The notes beneath the pieces were generated by a model, which saw only the letters and a list, made by a program, of their open reading frames with translations, searched no databases and was not told the DNA's origin. A DNA stretch of 64,000 nucleotides from Lachnospiraceae bacterium. GTDB taxonomy: Bacteria; Bacillota; Clostridia; Lachnospirales; Lachnospiraceae. The DNA lies in contig JAFRSD010000024.1 of the NCBI GenBank assembly GCA_017427775.1, positions 25,808 to 89,807 on the forward strand. Direction: 5' to 3'. Made by a program: the position numbers and the translations under genes. Positions 54,484 to 64,000 of this stretch are shown here, one piece after another. Position 1 is the stretch's first letter. Each line of letters starts with the position of its first letter.

Positions 54484-56169
54484 ATGGAAACGGAACAGAA
54501 TAAAAAAAACGCGAACGTGCTCCTTCAGGGAAGCATTCTTGCGGCGGCCTCGCTGATCGTGCGGATCATCGGCATGGTATACCGGATCCCGCTGACGCGT
54601 ATCGTCGGCGACACGGCAATGGGGTATTACACGACCGCGTTCGAGTTTTACAACATTGCGCTGCTGTTAAGCTCATACAGCCTGCCGCTTGCGGTATCAA
54701 AACTCGTTTCGGCCCGTCAGATCACGGGAAGACACGTTGATTCCGCAAGAGTACTGAAGGTCGGACTTGTGTTCGGCGTCATCGTCGGCGGAGCGGCGTC
54801 TTTGATCGTATATTTCGGCGCGAATCTGTACGGCCGTTTCAATGATACGCCGGCGGTAGCGATACCGCTTCGGGTATTGGCGCCGACCATCTTCGTATTT
54901 GCCGTAATGGGAGTTGTCAGAGGATTCTTCCAGGGCTACGGCAACATGGTTCCGACAGCGCTTTCACAGATCATCGAGCAGATCGTCAATGCGGTAGTCA
55001 GCGTTGTCGCCGCGATGATCATGATGAAGAAGTATCAGTTCTACGAAGACCAAAGCGCGTACGGCGCTGCCGGCGGCACTTGGGGAACGTTTCTCGGCGC
55101 CTGTGCGGGCGCGTTGACGCTGATCGTCATATTCCTGATCCAGCGCCGGTATTTCTTAAAGCAGGTTGCCGACGACCGCGACCGTGAGGCAGAGCGATAC
55201 GGGCAGATTTTAAAGATCCTTCTGATCACGGTTATTCCGGTTGTCATCAGCCAGACCGTTTATCAGATTTCGGGACTTGTTGACGTTTCCGTCTTTAACC
55301 GCGTCCTTTCGGCAAAGCAGTACGATGAAGAATTGCGTACCACATGGCTCGGCATATATTCGAACAAGTACCGGCTTCTTACCAATGTGCCGGTGGCGAT
55401 CGCTTCCGCGATGGGTACCGCGATCGTTCCGAGTCTCGTAGCCGAAATTGCCTCGGGTCGGAAGCATAAGGTAAATGAGAAGATCGCTTCGGCGATCAAA
55501 TTCAATATGGTCATCGCATTTCCGTGCGCCTTCGGCCTTATGGCGCTCGGCGGTCCGATCCTTTACATGCTTTACGGCGACACGCATGAACTGAGCGCGC
55601 AGATGTTGAATATCGGCGGTATCGCGGTCGTATTTTTCGCGTTATCGACCGTTACGAACGGCGTCTTGCAGGGAATTAACCATATGTTCCTGCCGGTCCG
55701 TCATTCGCTGATCGCTTTGATCGTTCATTGCGGCGTTCTGATCGCGTTACTCAAATATACCGAACTCGACGCCATTGCTATGGTAATCTGCAATATCCTT
55801 TTCGCCGTGATCGTGTGCATTCTGAATGCGCACAGCATCCGGAAACTGAGCGGATATAAGCAGGAGTGGAGGACGACCTTTGTGATTCCGCTGATCAGTG
55901 CGGCGGTCATGGGCGCATTTTCCGATATTTCCTACCGTTCTCTGAATAAGGCGCTGCTCGGAGGAATCCCTACGAGACCGGGCATATGCAACATGATCGC
56001 CTGTCTGGTGACGATAGGAGCCTGTGTATTGGTTTATTTTGCAACACTGCTTCTTCTCGGCGGCGTGACCGCGAAGGAAGTCCGCGAGATGCCCAAAGGC
56101 AGGACAATCGCGAACGTGTTTATTAAGCTTCATCTGTTGAAAGACGATTCGGAGGAATCGAAGGAATGA
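54484..56169 (+). CDS. MOP-superfamily polysaccharide/lipid-II flippase-like protein (SpoVB/MurJ-like)
   Basis: About 560 aa with roughly 14 hydrophobic helices. The N-terminal NVLLQGSILAAASLIVRIIGMVYRIPL resembles SpoVB-type proteins. Confidence 0.75.
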   Translation: METEQNKKNANVLLQGSILAAASLIVRIIGMVYRIPLTRIVGDTAMGYYTTAFEFYNIALLLSSYSLPLAVSKLVSARQITGRHVDSARVLKVGLVFGVIVGGAASLIVYFGANLYGRFNDTPAVAIPLRVLAPTIFVFAVMGVVRGFFQGYGNMVPTALSQIIEQIVNAVVSVVAAMIMMKKYQFYEDQSAYGAAGGTWGTFLGACAGALTLIVIFLIQRRYFLKQVADDRDREAERYGQILKILLITVIPVVISQTVYQISGLVDVSVFNRVLSAKQYDEELRTTWLGIYSNKYRLLTNVPVAIASAMGTAIVPSLVAEIASGRKHKVNEKIASAIKFNMVIAFPCAFGLMALGGPILYMLYGDTHELSAQMLNIGGIAVVFFALSTVTNGVLQGINHMFLPVRHSLIALIVHCGVLIALLKYTELDAIAMVICNILFAVIVCILNAHSIRKLSGYKQEWRTTFVIPLISAAVMGAFSDISYRSLNKALLGGIPTRPGICNMIACLVTIGACVLVYFATLLLLGGVTAKEVREMPKGRTIANVFIKLHLLKDDSEESKE

Positions 56170-57413
56170 AAAGAATTGTTGTAATCGGAGGAGGCGCATC
56201 CGGGCTTTGCGCGGCACTTTCCGCAAAGGAAGCCGGAGCTGACGTGATCCTCCTTGAGCACAATGATAAACTCGGCAAGAAGCTTGCCGCCACAGGAAAC
56301 GGCAGATGTAACCTCGGTAACGCCGTTCTTACCGCAGACTGTTACCGCGGCGGCAATCCGCAGTTTGTTTCGGACGTGTTCGCGGAATGCTCACCGGAGC
56401 AGGTTCGCAGCTGGCTTACGGACCGCGGACTTTATCTGAAAGAGAAGCGGGGGTATTTCTACCCGTACAGCGAACAGGCGGCGTCGGTGATCACATTTTT
56501 CGCTTCCCGCCTTGCGGATAAGGGTGTAAACGTCATCGTTTCGGCGGAAGTACTGAAGCTTAAGAAGGAGAAGAAAGGCTTCTCCGTAACGTATAAAAAC
56601 CTTGTCAGCGACAAGGTAGTCAATGTGGCCTGCGACCGCGTGATCGTTGCAACAGGCGGTATGGCGGGACAGAATCTCGGCGCCGGACCATTCGGTTACG
56701 AGACCGCGAAGTCGTTCGGGCATGTAATCAGCCCGCTGTTTCCGGCACTTGTACAGATGGTGGCGAGAGACAAGAATCTGAAGACGCTTTCGGGCGTCCG
56801 TGCGGAAGCGGCAGTTACGCTTACGACAGTCCTTGACGGCAGGGAAGAGCAGCATAAAGAAGCCGGCGAAGTTCTGTTCACGGATTACGGAATCAGCGGA
56901 ATCGCCGTGATGCAACTGAGCCGTTACGCTGGCGACGCAATCAGGCAGAAGGGAGAAGCAGCGCTTTCGATTGATTTCCTGCCGGATTTCAGCCGTGACG
57001 CGCTTACCGACAATATTAGTAAGCGGATTCTTTCCGACTTTGAGATGCCTGTTGAGGATTGCCTTTCAACGATCCTTCCGAAGAAACTTTTATATGTCAT
57101 TTTCCTCCGCGCAGGAGTTCGTGCCGATGCGAAGAACGAAAAACTGACGGCAAAGGATATACGTAACATTGTAAAAGAGATGAAGGGCTTTACCCTTCCG
57201 ATCATACAGACGAAGGATTTTCCGATGGCGCAGGTTACGGCCGGCGGCATTTCGGTATTCGGAATCCATGCGGCAACGCTGGAATCCAAACTCCAAAAGG
57301 GGCTCTACTTTACCGGTGAGCTGCTTGACGTGGACGGCACGTGCGGCGGATACAATCTGCAGTTTGCATTTGCCACGGGAATTCTTGCGGGAACGGCCGC
57401 AGCAACGAAATAA
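56166..57413 (+). CDS. HI0933/BaiN-like NAD(P)/FAD-dependent oxidoreductase
   Basis: MKRIVVIGGGASGLCAA Rossmann start, ATGNGRCN motif, and C-terminal GELLDVDGTCGGYNLQ. Confidence 0.8.
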   Translation: MKRIVVIGGGASGLCAALSAKEAGADVILLEHNDKLGKKLAATGNGRCNLGNAVLTADCYRGGNPQFVSDVFAECSPEQVRSWLTDRGLYLKEKRGYFYPYSEQAASVITFFASRLADKGVNVIVSAEVLKLKKEKKGFSVTYKNLVSDKVVNVACDRVIVATGGMAGQNLGAGPFGYETAKSFGHVISPLFPALVQMVARDKNLKTLSGVRAEAAVTLTTVLDGREEQHKEAGEVLFTDYGISGIAVMQLSRYAGDAIRQKGEAALSIDFLPDFSRDALTDNISKRILSDFEMPVEDCLSTILPKKLLYVIFLRAGVRADAKNEKLTAKDIRNIVKEMKGFTLPIIQTKDFPMAQVTAGGISVFGIHAATLESKLQKGLYFTGELLDVDGTCGGYNLQFAFATGILAGTAAATK

Positions 57414-57428
57414 CAAGAGGAAAGCGTT

Positions 57429-59021
57429 ATGATCAAAGTCGCGGTCACGGTACCGGTGAAGCATACAAAAGAGGATTTGGTGCGGGCCGCAGCGAAGGAT
57501 CTTCGCGTGAAGGAAAGCGAGATCCTTGACCTGACGATCGTGAAGCAATCCATAGACGCCCGTAAGAAGGAACGCATCGTCTACCAGTATGCACTGGCGG
57601 TCCGTCTGAAGGATGAGAACCGGTTCCTTCGGAAAGGTTACGAAGCTTACAAACCGTGTAAATACCGCTATGAGATTACGGGAACATCTGTAATGGAGCA
57701 TCGCCCGGTTGTGATCGGCGCAGGTCCGGCAGGACTGTTTAACGCGTATCTGCTGGCCCTCGAAGGTTTCCGCCCGCTTGTTCTCGAGCGCGGTCCGGCG
57801 ATGGAAGAACGCGTTAACCGCGTGGAGGCCTTTTATAACGGGGCGCCACTTGACGCAAGGGGAAATGTCCAGTTCGGTGAAGGCGGAGCGGGCACATTTT
57901 CCGACGGAAAGCTGAACACGCTTGTGAAGGATAAGGACGGCAAAGGACACTTCGTCCTCGAGACGTTCGTGAAGTTCGGAGCGCCCGAAGAAATCCTGTA
58001 CCGCAACAAGCCGCATATCGGAACGGACAAGCTCAGATGCGTGATCGTAAATATGCATGAGGAGATCATCCGCCTGGGCGGAGAGTTCCGATTCGAGACG
58101 AAAGCGGAAAGGCTTCTTACCGAAGGCGGGAGACTTTCCGGGATCCTTACCGACAGCGGAGAGACGATTCCGTGTGAAACAGCGGTTTTAGCCATCGGGC
58201 ACAGTTCGAGAGATACGATCCGTTCGTTATATCAGGACGGAATTTCGATGGAACCGAAGGCTTATGCCATGGGCGTTCGGATCCAGCATACAAGGGAGTT
58301 TATCGACCGTACCCAGTACGGCGGCGCGGCGAAGGATCTTCCGGCAGCCGACTATAAGCTGACCTATACGGCGGCCGACGGCCGGGGAGTTTACAGCTTC
58401 TGTATGTGCCCTGGCGGGTACGTCGTAAATGCTTCGTCCGAGCCCGGAAGGCTAGCGGTCAACGGCATGAGCAATTTCGCAAGAGACGCCGCAAATTCAA
58501 ATTCCGCTATCGTCGTTACGGTTACTCCTGAGGATTTCCTACAGGAAGTGAAGGACGATACGCCGCTTGCAGGCATGGTCTACCAGGAACGGCTTGAGGA
58601 AAAGGCATATGCCGCCGGACAGGGCAGAATCCCGACGCAGCGTTTCGGAGATTACGAAAAGGGAATCCCGAGTGAAGGGTGCGGAAAGATCAAACCCGTA
58701 ACGAAGGGAGCCGTCCGGTATACGGATCTGCATGAAGTGATCCCCGAGTACATCGGGAACGACCTGATCGAAGGAATCCGTGCATTCGATAAAACAATGC
58801 CCGGATTTGCCGATGAGGACGCGCTTCTGTGTGCGATCGAGAGCCGCACGAGTTCGCCGGTACGCATCATACGGGACGACGGCTGCGAATCGGTTTCGCT
58901 GAAAGGACTTTATCCCTGCGGAGAGGGCGCCGGATATGCCGGAGGCATTATGTCCGCGGCAATGGACGGAATCCGCGTATTTGAAGCAATCATAAAAGAA
59001 TTTAAGGCAACGGCGGAATAA
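57429..59021 (+). CDS. FAD-dependent oxidoreductase (COG2509-like)
   Basis: VVIGAGPAGLFNA dinucleotide-binding motif, GAGTFSDGKL, and C-terminal YPCGEGAGYAGGI. Confidence 0.75.
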   Translation: MIKVAVTVPVKHTKEDLVRAAAKDLRVKESEILDLTIVKQSIDARKKERIVYQYALAVRLKDENRFLRKGYEAYKPCKYRYEITGTSVMEHRPVVIGAGPAGLFNAYLLALEGFRPLVLERGPAMEERVNRVEAFYNGAPLDARGNVQFGEGGAGTFSDGKLNTLVKDKDGKGHFVLETFVKFGAPEEILYRNKPHIGTDKLRCVIVNMHEEIIRLGGEFRFETKAERLLTEGGRLSGILTDSGETIPCETAVLAIGHSSRDTIRSLYQDGISMEPKAYAMGVRIQHTREFIDRTQYGGAAKDLPAADYKLTYTAADGRGVYSFCMCPGGYVVNASSEPGRLAVNGMSNFARDAANSNSAIVVTVTPEDFLQEVKDDTPLAGMVYQERLEEKAYAAGQGRIPTQRFGDYEKGIPSEGCGKIKPVTKGAVRYTDLHEVIPEYIGNDLIEGIRAFDKTMPGFADEDALLCAIESRTSSPVRIIRDDGCESVSLKGLYPCGEGAGYAGGIMSAAMDGIRVFEAIIKEFKATAE

Positions 59022-59063
59022 TCCCGCTGCCCGATTATAGAAGTCATACGGAGGCATAACATA

Positions 59064-59912
59064 ATGGACCGTACGGAAGTTATGAAAGATAAGAAACGGA
59101 TTGTGGTGAAAATCGGTTCCTCGACGCTTACCCATCCGGAAACCGGGGATATGGACCTGGAAAAGATGGAGCGGCTTGTCCGCGTTCTGGCCGACTGGAG
59201 CAACGCCGGCAAAGAAGTCGTACTCGTTTCTTCGGGTGCGATCGCAGTCGGCCGGAAAGCCATGAATATCAAAGAACGCCCGAAGGAGCAGGACGTGAAG
59301 CAGGCGTGCGCCGCCATCGGCCAGGCAAGACTGATGATGGTTTACCAGCGCCTGTTCGCGGAGTACAACAAGATCACCGCGCAGGTACTGATCACAAAGG
59401 ATACGATGATCAACGATACGATGCGCCGGAACGCGAGAAGCACATTTTCCCGCCTTCTTGAGCTCGGAACGATCCCGGTCGTAAACGAAAATGATACCGT
59501 TGCCACCGACGAGATTGAGTTCGGCGATAACGATACGCTTTCCGCCATCGTTGCGGCACTTATCCATGCGGATCTGCTGATCATTCTTTCGGATCAGGAC
59601 GGTTTCTTCACGGATGATCCGAGGAAGAATCCCGACGCGAAACTTGTGAATGAGATCGATTACATCACCGATGAACTCGAAGCCATGGCCAAGGGCGCGG
59701 GAAGCGACGTCGGAACGGGCGGAATGGCGGCAAAGGTGAGCGCGGCGCGAATCGCAAACGATGCCGGAGCCGACATGGTGATCGCAAACGGTGCGGATAT
59801 GAATAATCTCCGTCGTGTTGTTGAGGGACAGCAGATCGGAACGTTGTTTAAGGCACACCGTAATGCGGATTTCCATTTGATCAATTATCTGATGAAGGAT
59901 CGTGCGGAATGA
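59064..59912 (+). CDS. proB: glutamate 5-kinase (short form, no PUA domain)
   Basis: RIVVKIGSSTL, VLVSSGAIAVG, FGDNDTLSA, GTGGMAAK; 282 aa. Confidence 0.92.
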   Translation: MDRTEVMKDKKRIVVKIGSSTLTHPETGDMDLEKMERLVRVLADWSNAGKEVVLVSSGAIAVGRKAMNIKERPKEQDVKQACAAIGQARLMMVYQRLFAEYNKITAQVLITKDTMINDTMRRNARSTFSRLLELGTIPVVNENDTVATDEIEFGDNDTLSAIVAALIHADLLIILSDQDGFFTDDPRKNPDAKLVNEIDYITDELEAMAKGAGSDVGTGGMAAKVSAARIANDAGADMVIANGADMNNLRRVVEGQQIGTLFKAHRNADFHLINYLMKDRAE

Positions 59913-60118
59913 ACGAAGATGACATCAAACGAATCAATGAATTATACCGGAAGTCGAAGACGGAAGGTTTAAGTGACGCAGAGAAGCAGGAGCAGGCGGC
60001 CTTACGGTTGGCCTACATCGAAGCCATTCGCGCCAATTTACGGTTGGAGCTTGACCGGATCACAATTGTGAATCCGGACGGTTCGACCACGGAGGTGAAA
60101 GACCTTCGAAAGAAGTAA
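59909..60118 (+). CDS. DUF896 (YnzC/UPF0291-like) small protein
   Basis: 69 aa. INELYRKSKTEGLSDAEKQEQAALRLAYIEAIRANL. ATGA overlap with the proB stop. Confidence 0.8.
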   Translation: MNEDDIKRINELYRKSKTEGLSDAEKQEQAALRLAYIEAIRANLRLELDRITIVNPDGSTTEVKDLRKK

Positions 60119-60134
60119 GACGAGGGAAGTAAAA

Positions 60135-60698
60135 ATGACGAAAAATGAACTGAGAACCATGATGAAGCGGCGCAGAAGAACGCTTTCCGCGACGAGAATA
60201 CTCTGTTACAGCGCAATCGTAACGGAGAAACTTCTGAAGGAGGACGTCTACCGGGATGCAGACGTGATCCTCGGATATTATTCGATCAGCGCGGAAGTTT
60301 CGATGGATTATCTGTTTGAGCAGGCGAGAAAGGACGGGAAGAAGGTCGCTCTTCCCGTGTGTCTGCCGGGAAGGGAGATGGAGTTCCGGTATTTCGATGA
60401 GAATACCGAACTTGTAAAAGGCGAGTACGGGATTCCGGAACCGGTCGGCACGGAAAAGGTCGAAATGGACGGGATCAACGCTTTGGTAGTTGTTCCGGGC
60501 GTTTCCTTTGATGCTTTCGGAAACCGGATCGGATACGGCGGCGGTTATTATGACCGTTTCTTAAAGAAGTATCCCGACGTACCGAAGGTTATGCTTGCAT
60601 ATGAATTGCAAAAGACGATCAGCGTTCCCGCTGACGGAAACGATATTCCGATGAATCTGATTCTTACGGAAACCGACCGTTATGCGGTAAACGCCTAG
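60135..60698 (+). CDS. 5-formyltetrahydrofolate cyclo-ligase
   Basis: 187 aa. [26 protein letters not shown] is the family signature. Confidence 0.88.
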   Translation: MTKNELRTMMKRRRRTLSATRILCYSAIVTEKLLKEDVYRDADVILGYYSISAEVSMDYLFEQARKDGKKVALPVCLPGREMEFRYFDENTELVKGEYGIPEPVGTEKVEMDGINALVVVPGVSFDAFGNRIGYGGGYYDRFLKKYPDVPKVMLAYELQKTISVPADGNDIPMNLILTETDRYAVNA

Positions 60699-60748
60699 GA
60701 AAGCCAATAAAGGCGGCTTGCTCCGCCGAGGGAAAAGGAGAACATGAC

Positions 60749-61993
60749 ATGAATCTGATGATCATGGGCAAAGAAGCCCAGCTTGCTTCGGAAATCCTTG
60801 CGGTAACCGATACCGCACAGAAGAATAAAACGCTGCTTCATGCCGCCGATCTGCTTATCAGGGAGACGGACGGCATTCTTGCGGCTAATGCAGTCGACGT
60901 GAAGAATGCGGAGGTGAAGGGAGTAAGTCCCGCCATGGTGGACCGTCTCCGCCTGAACGCCGCAAGAATCGAGGGTATGGCTGACGGACTGCGCCAGGTG
61001 GCCGGGTTAAACGATCCGGTCGGCGAGATCTTAGAGTCATTCGAACGGCCGAACGGTCTGAAGATCGATCGGATTCGCGTTCCTTTCGGTGTGATCGGTA
61101 TCATTTACGAGTCACGTCCGAATGTTACCGCCGATGCATTCGGCCTTTGCTTTAAGACCGGCAATGCAGTGATCCTACGAGGCGGCTCAGACGCGATCAC
61201 GTCAAATACTAAGATTACCGAGGTGCTTCAGAAGGCCGTTAAGGAATGCGGACTTCCCGAGGCTTCGATTCAGCTCATTACCGATACGAGCCGTGAAACG
61301 GCTACGGAATTCATGAAGCTGAACCGTTTCGTGGACGTTCTGATCCCCAGAGGCGGCGCGGGCCTGATCCGCAGCGTACTTGAAAACAGCACGATCCCGG
61401 TGATCGAGACCGGTACCGGTAACTGTCACATTTTCGTTGATGAGACCGCAGACCAGGATAAGGCACTCGCTATCATCAAAAACGCGAAAACGCAGCGTAT
61501 GGGCGTCTGCAACGCCTGCGAGAGCCTTGTCATCCATGAGAAGATCGCAGCGGAATTCCTTCCGAAGCTTTATAAGATGCTTGACGAGTGCAAGATCACG
61601 ATGCGTGCCGATGACGCCGCTCGCGCGATTGTTCCTGCAATGGAAGGCGCAACCGAAGAGGATTTCGCCAAGGAATATCTCGGAAGTCTGATCAGCATCA
61701 AAACGGTTTCTTCCGTTGACGAAGCAATCCGTCATATCAACACCTATCATACGAAGCATTCCGATGCGATCATTACGAATGACGAAGCTAATGCCGAGAA
61801 GTTCTTAAAGCAGGTGGACAGCGCATGCGTATACGTTAACGCTTCCACGCGTTTCACTGACGGCGAACAGTTCGGCTTCGGCGCGGAGATCGGAATCAGC
61901 ACCCAGAAACTTCATGCGCGCGGACCTATGGGACTCCGTGAGCTTACCTCTTACAAATACCTGATCCGCGGTAACGGACAGGTGCGCGGATAA
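60749..61993 (+). CDS. proA: glutamate-5-semialdehyde dehydrogenase (gamma-glutamyl phosphate reductase)
   Basis: 414 aa. [22 protein letters not shown], and the catalytic-Cys region [10 protein letters not shown]. Confidence 0.95.
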   Translation: MNLMIMGKEAQLASEILAVTDTAQKNKTLLHAADLLIRETDGILAANAVDVKNAEVKGVSPAMVDRLRLNAARIEGMADGLRQVAGLNDPVGEILESFERPNGLKIDRIRVPFGVIGIIYESRPNVTADAFGLCFKTGNAVILRGGSDAITSNTKITEVLQKAVKECGLPEASIQLITDTSRETATEFMKLNRFVDVLIPRGGAGLIRSVLENSTIPVIETGTGNCHIFVDETADQDKALAIIKNAKTQRMGVCNACESLVIHEKIAAEFLPKLYKMLDECKITMRADDAARAIVPAMEGATEEDFAKEYLGSLISIKTVSSVDEAIRHINTYHTKHSDAIITNDEANAEKFLKQVDSACVYVNASTRFTDGEQFGFGAEIGISTQKLHARGPMGLRELTSYKYLIRGNGQVRG

Positions 61994-61996
61994 TCG

Positions 61997-63433
61997 ATGA
62001 GCAGCGATAAGTATTTGCCAATTGACGCAAAACATATTCCGACGGAAGAGCCGGAGCGGCAGTATTTCTTTATGGACCTGCTGCGCGACGAACTCACGGC
62101 AAGAAAGGAAGAAGAGCACCGCGAATTCACGATGCACGTCGAGACATTCGGCTGCCAGATGAATGCCAAGGACTCCGAAAAACTTGCCGGGATTCTTACG
62201 TATATCGGCTATACGCCCGTTGAAACCGAGGATGCCGACATTGTCCTATATAACACCTGTACGGTGCGGGAAAATGCGAATACGCGCGTATACGGGCGCA
62301 TCGGATACCTCGGCCGCCTGAAGAAGCGCCGCCCCGGGATGAAGATCATCCTGTGCGGCTGCATGATGCAGGAGAAGGAAGCGGTAGAGAAGATCAAACA
62401 GTCCTACCGTTTTGTGGATATCATTTTTGGCACGCATAACATTTATATGCTTTCCGAACTGCTGTACCGCAGCTTCCATGAGAAAGGAATGGTAACGGAT
62501 GTCCGCGAGGAAGCAGACCGGATCGTCGAGGACCTGCCGAGTTACCGCAAATACGACTTCAAAGCAGGCGTGAACATCATGTACGGCTGCAACAACTTCT
62601 GCACCTACTGTATCGTTCCGTATGTGCGCGGCCGCGAACGTTCCCGGAATCCCGTTGACATCATCAAGGAGACAGAGCAGCTTGTAAGCGAAGGCGTTAA
62701 GGAAGTCATGCTTCTCGGACAGAACGTCAATTCGTACGGAAAGACGCTTGATCCGCAGGTCAGTTTTGCGGAACTGATCCGTGACGTGGCAAAGGTGGAA
62801 GGCCTCGAACGCGTGCGTTTTATGACGCCGCATCCGAAGGATATCTCCGAAGAACTCTTACGCGAAGTTGCCGTTAACCCGAAGATCTGCAATCATATTC
62901 ACCTGCCGCTTCAGTCGGGCAGCACGAGGCTTCTGCAGAAGATGAACCGGCATTATACGAAGGAGCAGTTCCTTGCACTTACGGATCGTATCCGGGAGAT
63001 CATTCCGGATGTCGCGATCACGACCGATATCATTATCGGATTCCCCGGGGAGACCGAAGAGGATTTCGAGGATACACTCGACGTGATCCGGAAAGCACGC
63101 TTTATGAGCGCATTTACCTTCATCTATTCAAAGCGGAGCGGAACGCCGGCCGCGGATATGCCGGATCAGGTGCCGGAGGAAGTCAGCGCGGACCGCATGA
63201 AACGGCTTTTAGAGACAGTCGGGGAAGTGGCCGGAGCAGAGGCAAGAAAGTATACGGGGCAGACGGTTCCCGTGCTCTGCGAAGTATATAAGAAAGAAAC
63301 CGGCTGTGTTACGGGCCGGCTGGAGAACAACCTTCTTGTGCATTTTCCGGGGGAAGAATCACTTCTCGGGAAGATTGTGCGAGTGAAGCTTGACGAATGT
63401 ACGGGATTCTATTATCTCGGCACAATGGTTTAA
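61997..63433 (+). CDS. miaB: tRNA (N6-isopentenyl adenosine(37)-C2)-methylthiotransferase
   Basis: ETFGCQMN, YNTCTVRE, radical-SAM CNNFCTYCIVPY, and a TRAM C-terminus. The true start may be internal, because the ~45-aa N-terminal extension is unsupported. Confidence 0.9.
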   Translation: MSSDKYLPIDAKHIPTEEPERQYFFMDLLRDELTARKEEEHREFTMHVETFGCQMNAKDSEKLAGILTYIGYTPVETEDADIVLYNTCTVRENANTRVYGRIGYLGRLKKRRPGMKIILCGCMMQEKEAVEKIKQSYRFVDIIFGTHNIYMLSELLYRSFHEKGMVTDVREEADRIVEDLPSYRKYDFKAGVNIMYGCNNFCTYCIVPYVRGRERSRNPVDIIKETEQLVSEGVKEVMLLGQNVNSYGKTLDPQVSFAELIRDVAKVEGLERVRFMTPHPKDISEELLREVAVNPKICNHIHLPLQSGSTRLLQKMNRHYTKEQFLALTDRIREIIPDVAITTDIIIGFPGETEEDFEDTLDVIRKARFMSAFTFIYSKRSGTPAADMPDQVPEEVSADRMKRLLETVGEVAGAEARKYTGQTVPVLCEVYKKETGCVTGRLENNLLVHFPGEESLLGKIVRVKLDECTGFYYLGTMV

Positions 63434-63449
63434 GAAAATTGAACGAGTA

Positions 63450-63479
63450 TTGACTTTTTTAAACGGATTGATTTACAAT
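63450..63479 (+). promoter_or_regulatory. candidate sigma-A-type promoter for the channel-like gene
   Basis: TTGACT (63450-63455), 18-nt spacer, TACAAT (63474-63479). Confidence 0.5.
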
Positions 63480-63517
63480 TATTTGTACGGTTTTAATGAA
63501 TTAACTACGAGGGCTTT

Positions 63518-64000
63518 ATGAAAAAGAAGTGGAACCGGTTAAAAGAAATCATTAAACTATTCCGTTTGGACATGATCTTTTTGATCCTCGGGCTTTACTT
63601 TCTGCTATGTTTTTCTATTTATCTGATCCTTCGGATCGAGCAGATGGAAACGCCCTTCTGGGACATCGTCGTATTTAATCTGCTGACAGTAACCGGTAAC
63701 GATTACGTCTTCGTTGACAGCGCCTGGGCACGCATCATCGGCGTGTTCATGCTGATCCTCGGGATGTTCGGGCTATCCGCCATAACAGGTTACGTTTCGT
63801 CGGCATTTGTTGCTAGAAGACTGAATCCGGAAAAGGGACTTAAAAAGATGCAGAACATGAATAATCACATTCTCATATGCGGCTTTAAGAACGATCTGAA
63901 GGGTCTGATCCAGGGCATCCTTCGTAAGAACAGAAATCTTTCGGTCAGCGATATCATTCTCATTAACAATATGGACGAAGTCAAGATGCAGGCTATCCGT
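63518..64000 (+). CDS. two-TM K+-channel-like protein with RCK/TrkA-N domain, 3'-truncated by window edge
   Basis: My own translation from ATG 63518 runs open to the window end: MKKKWNRLKEIIKLFRLDMIFLILGLYFLLCFSIYL...FNLLTVTGNDYVF...IIGVFMLILGMFGLSAI...HILICGFKNDLKGLI. The order is TM1, pore helix, TM2, then a Rossmann-like RCK start. Confidence 0.7.
   Translation, partial: MKKKWNRLKEIIKLFRLDMIFLILGLYFLLCFSIYLILRIEQMETPFWDIVVFNLLTVTGNDYVFVDSAWARIIGVFMLILGMFGLSAITGYVSSAFVARRLNPEKGLKKMQNMNNHILICGFKNDLKGLIQGILRKNRNLSVSDIILINNMDEVKMQAIR

Noticed and set aside
1-64000. Search for CRISPR arrays, IS elements, integrases, prophage genes, TA pairs, restriction-modification or other known defence genes
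   Set aside because: None was recognised in any frame. The only repeats seen are short in-frame coding repeats and terminator hairpins. A novel defence-type system is not supported by anything I can read here.

Overview
Densely coding, moderately GC-rich (judged by eye, not computed) chromosomal segment. It comes from a Gram-positive-type Firmicute, most likely a member of the Clostridia. Support: PolC, CodY, NrdR and a SpoVB-like flippase, plus the syntenies comM-dprA-topA-codY and rpsB-tsf-pyrH-frr-uppS-cdsA-dxr-rseP-ispG-polC. I call about 53 CDS, all on the + strand except pyrI, pyrB and uxaC. I also call one tRNA-Glu(CUC) and a set of sigma-A-like promoters and rho-independent terminators. 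Most genes are housekeeping: replication and repair, translation, isoprenoid and lipid synthesis, proline and one-carbon metabolism. Scattered hexuronate, xylan and mannose catabolism genes lie among them (uxuA, uxuB, uxaC, kdgK, a DUF4867 gene, manA, pgcA, a GH10 lipoprotein xylanase). I saw no transposase, integrase, phage gene, CRISPR array, toxin-antitoxin pair or recognisable defence system. Six items look most unusual. (1) A full-length PolC whose DEDDh proofreading exonuclease insertion is replaced by a ~23-residue linker. (2) An 8-kb five-gene MacB/FtsX-type ABC module with two lipoprotein HlyD-like adaptors (one internally duplicated), a fused 10-TM permease, and two separate ATPases, one carrying an Ala/Glu/Lys-rich N-terminus and an AbrB-like C-terminus. 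(3) A membrane-anchored MutS paralogue and rnhA directly upstream of canonical mutS, with no mutL downstream. (4) A signal-peptide-less clan GH-A-like protein of unclear family in the slot after mutS. (5) kdgK paired with a DUF4867 gene, with no KDPG aldolase gene in the window. (6) A Lys/Ala/Thr-rich N-terminal extension on TopA and a CodY-box-like site with an internal promoter inside the 3' end of dprA. All functional calls come from reading the translations and recalling family motifs; no database search was run.
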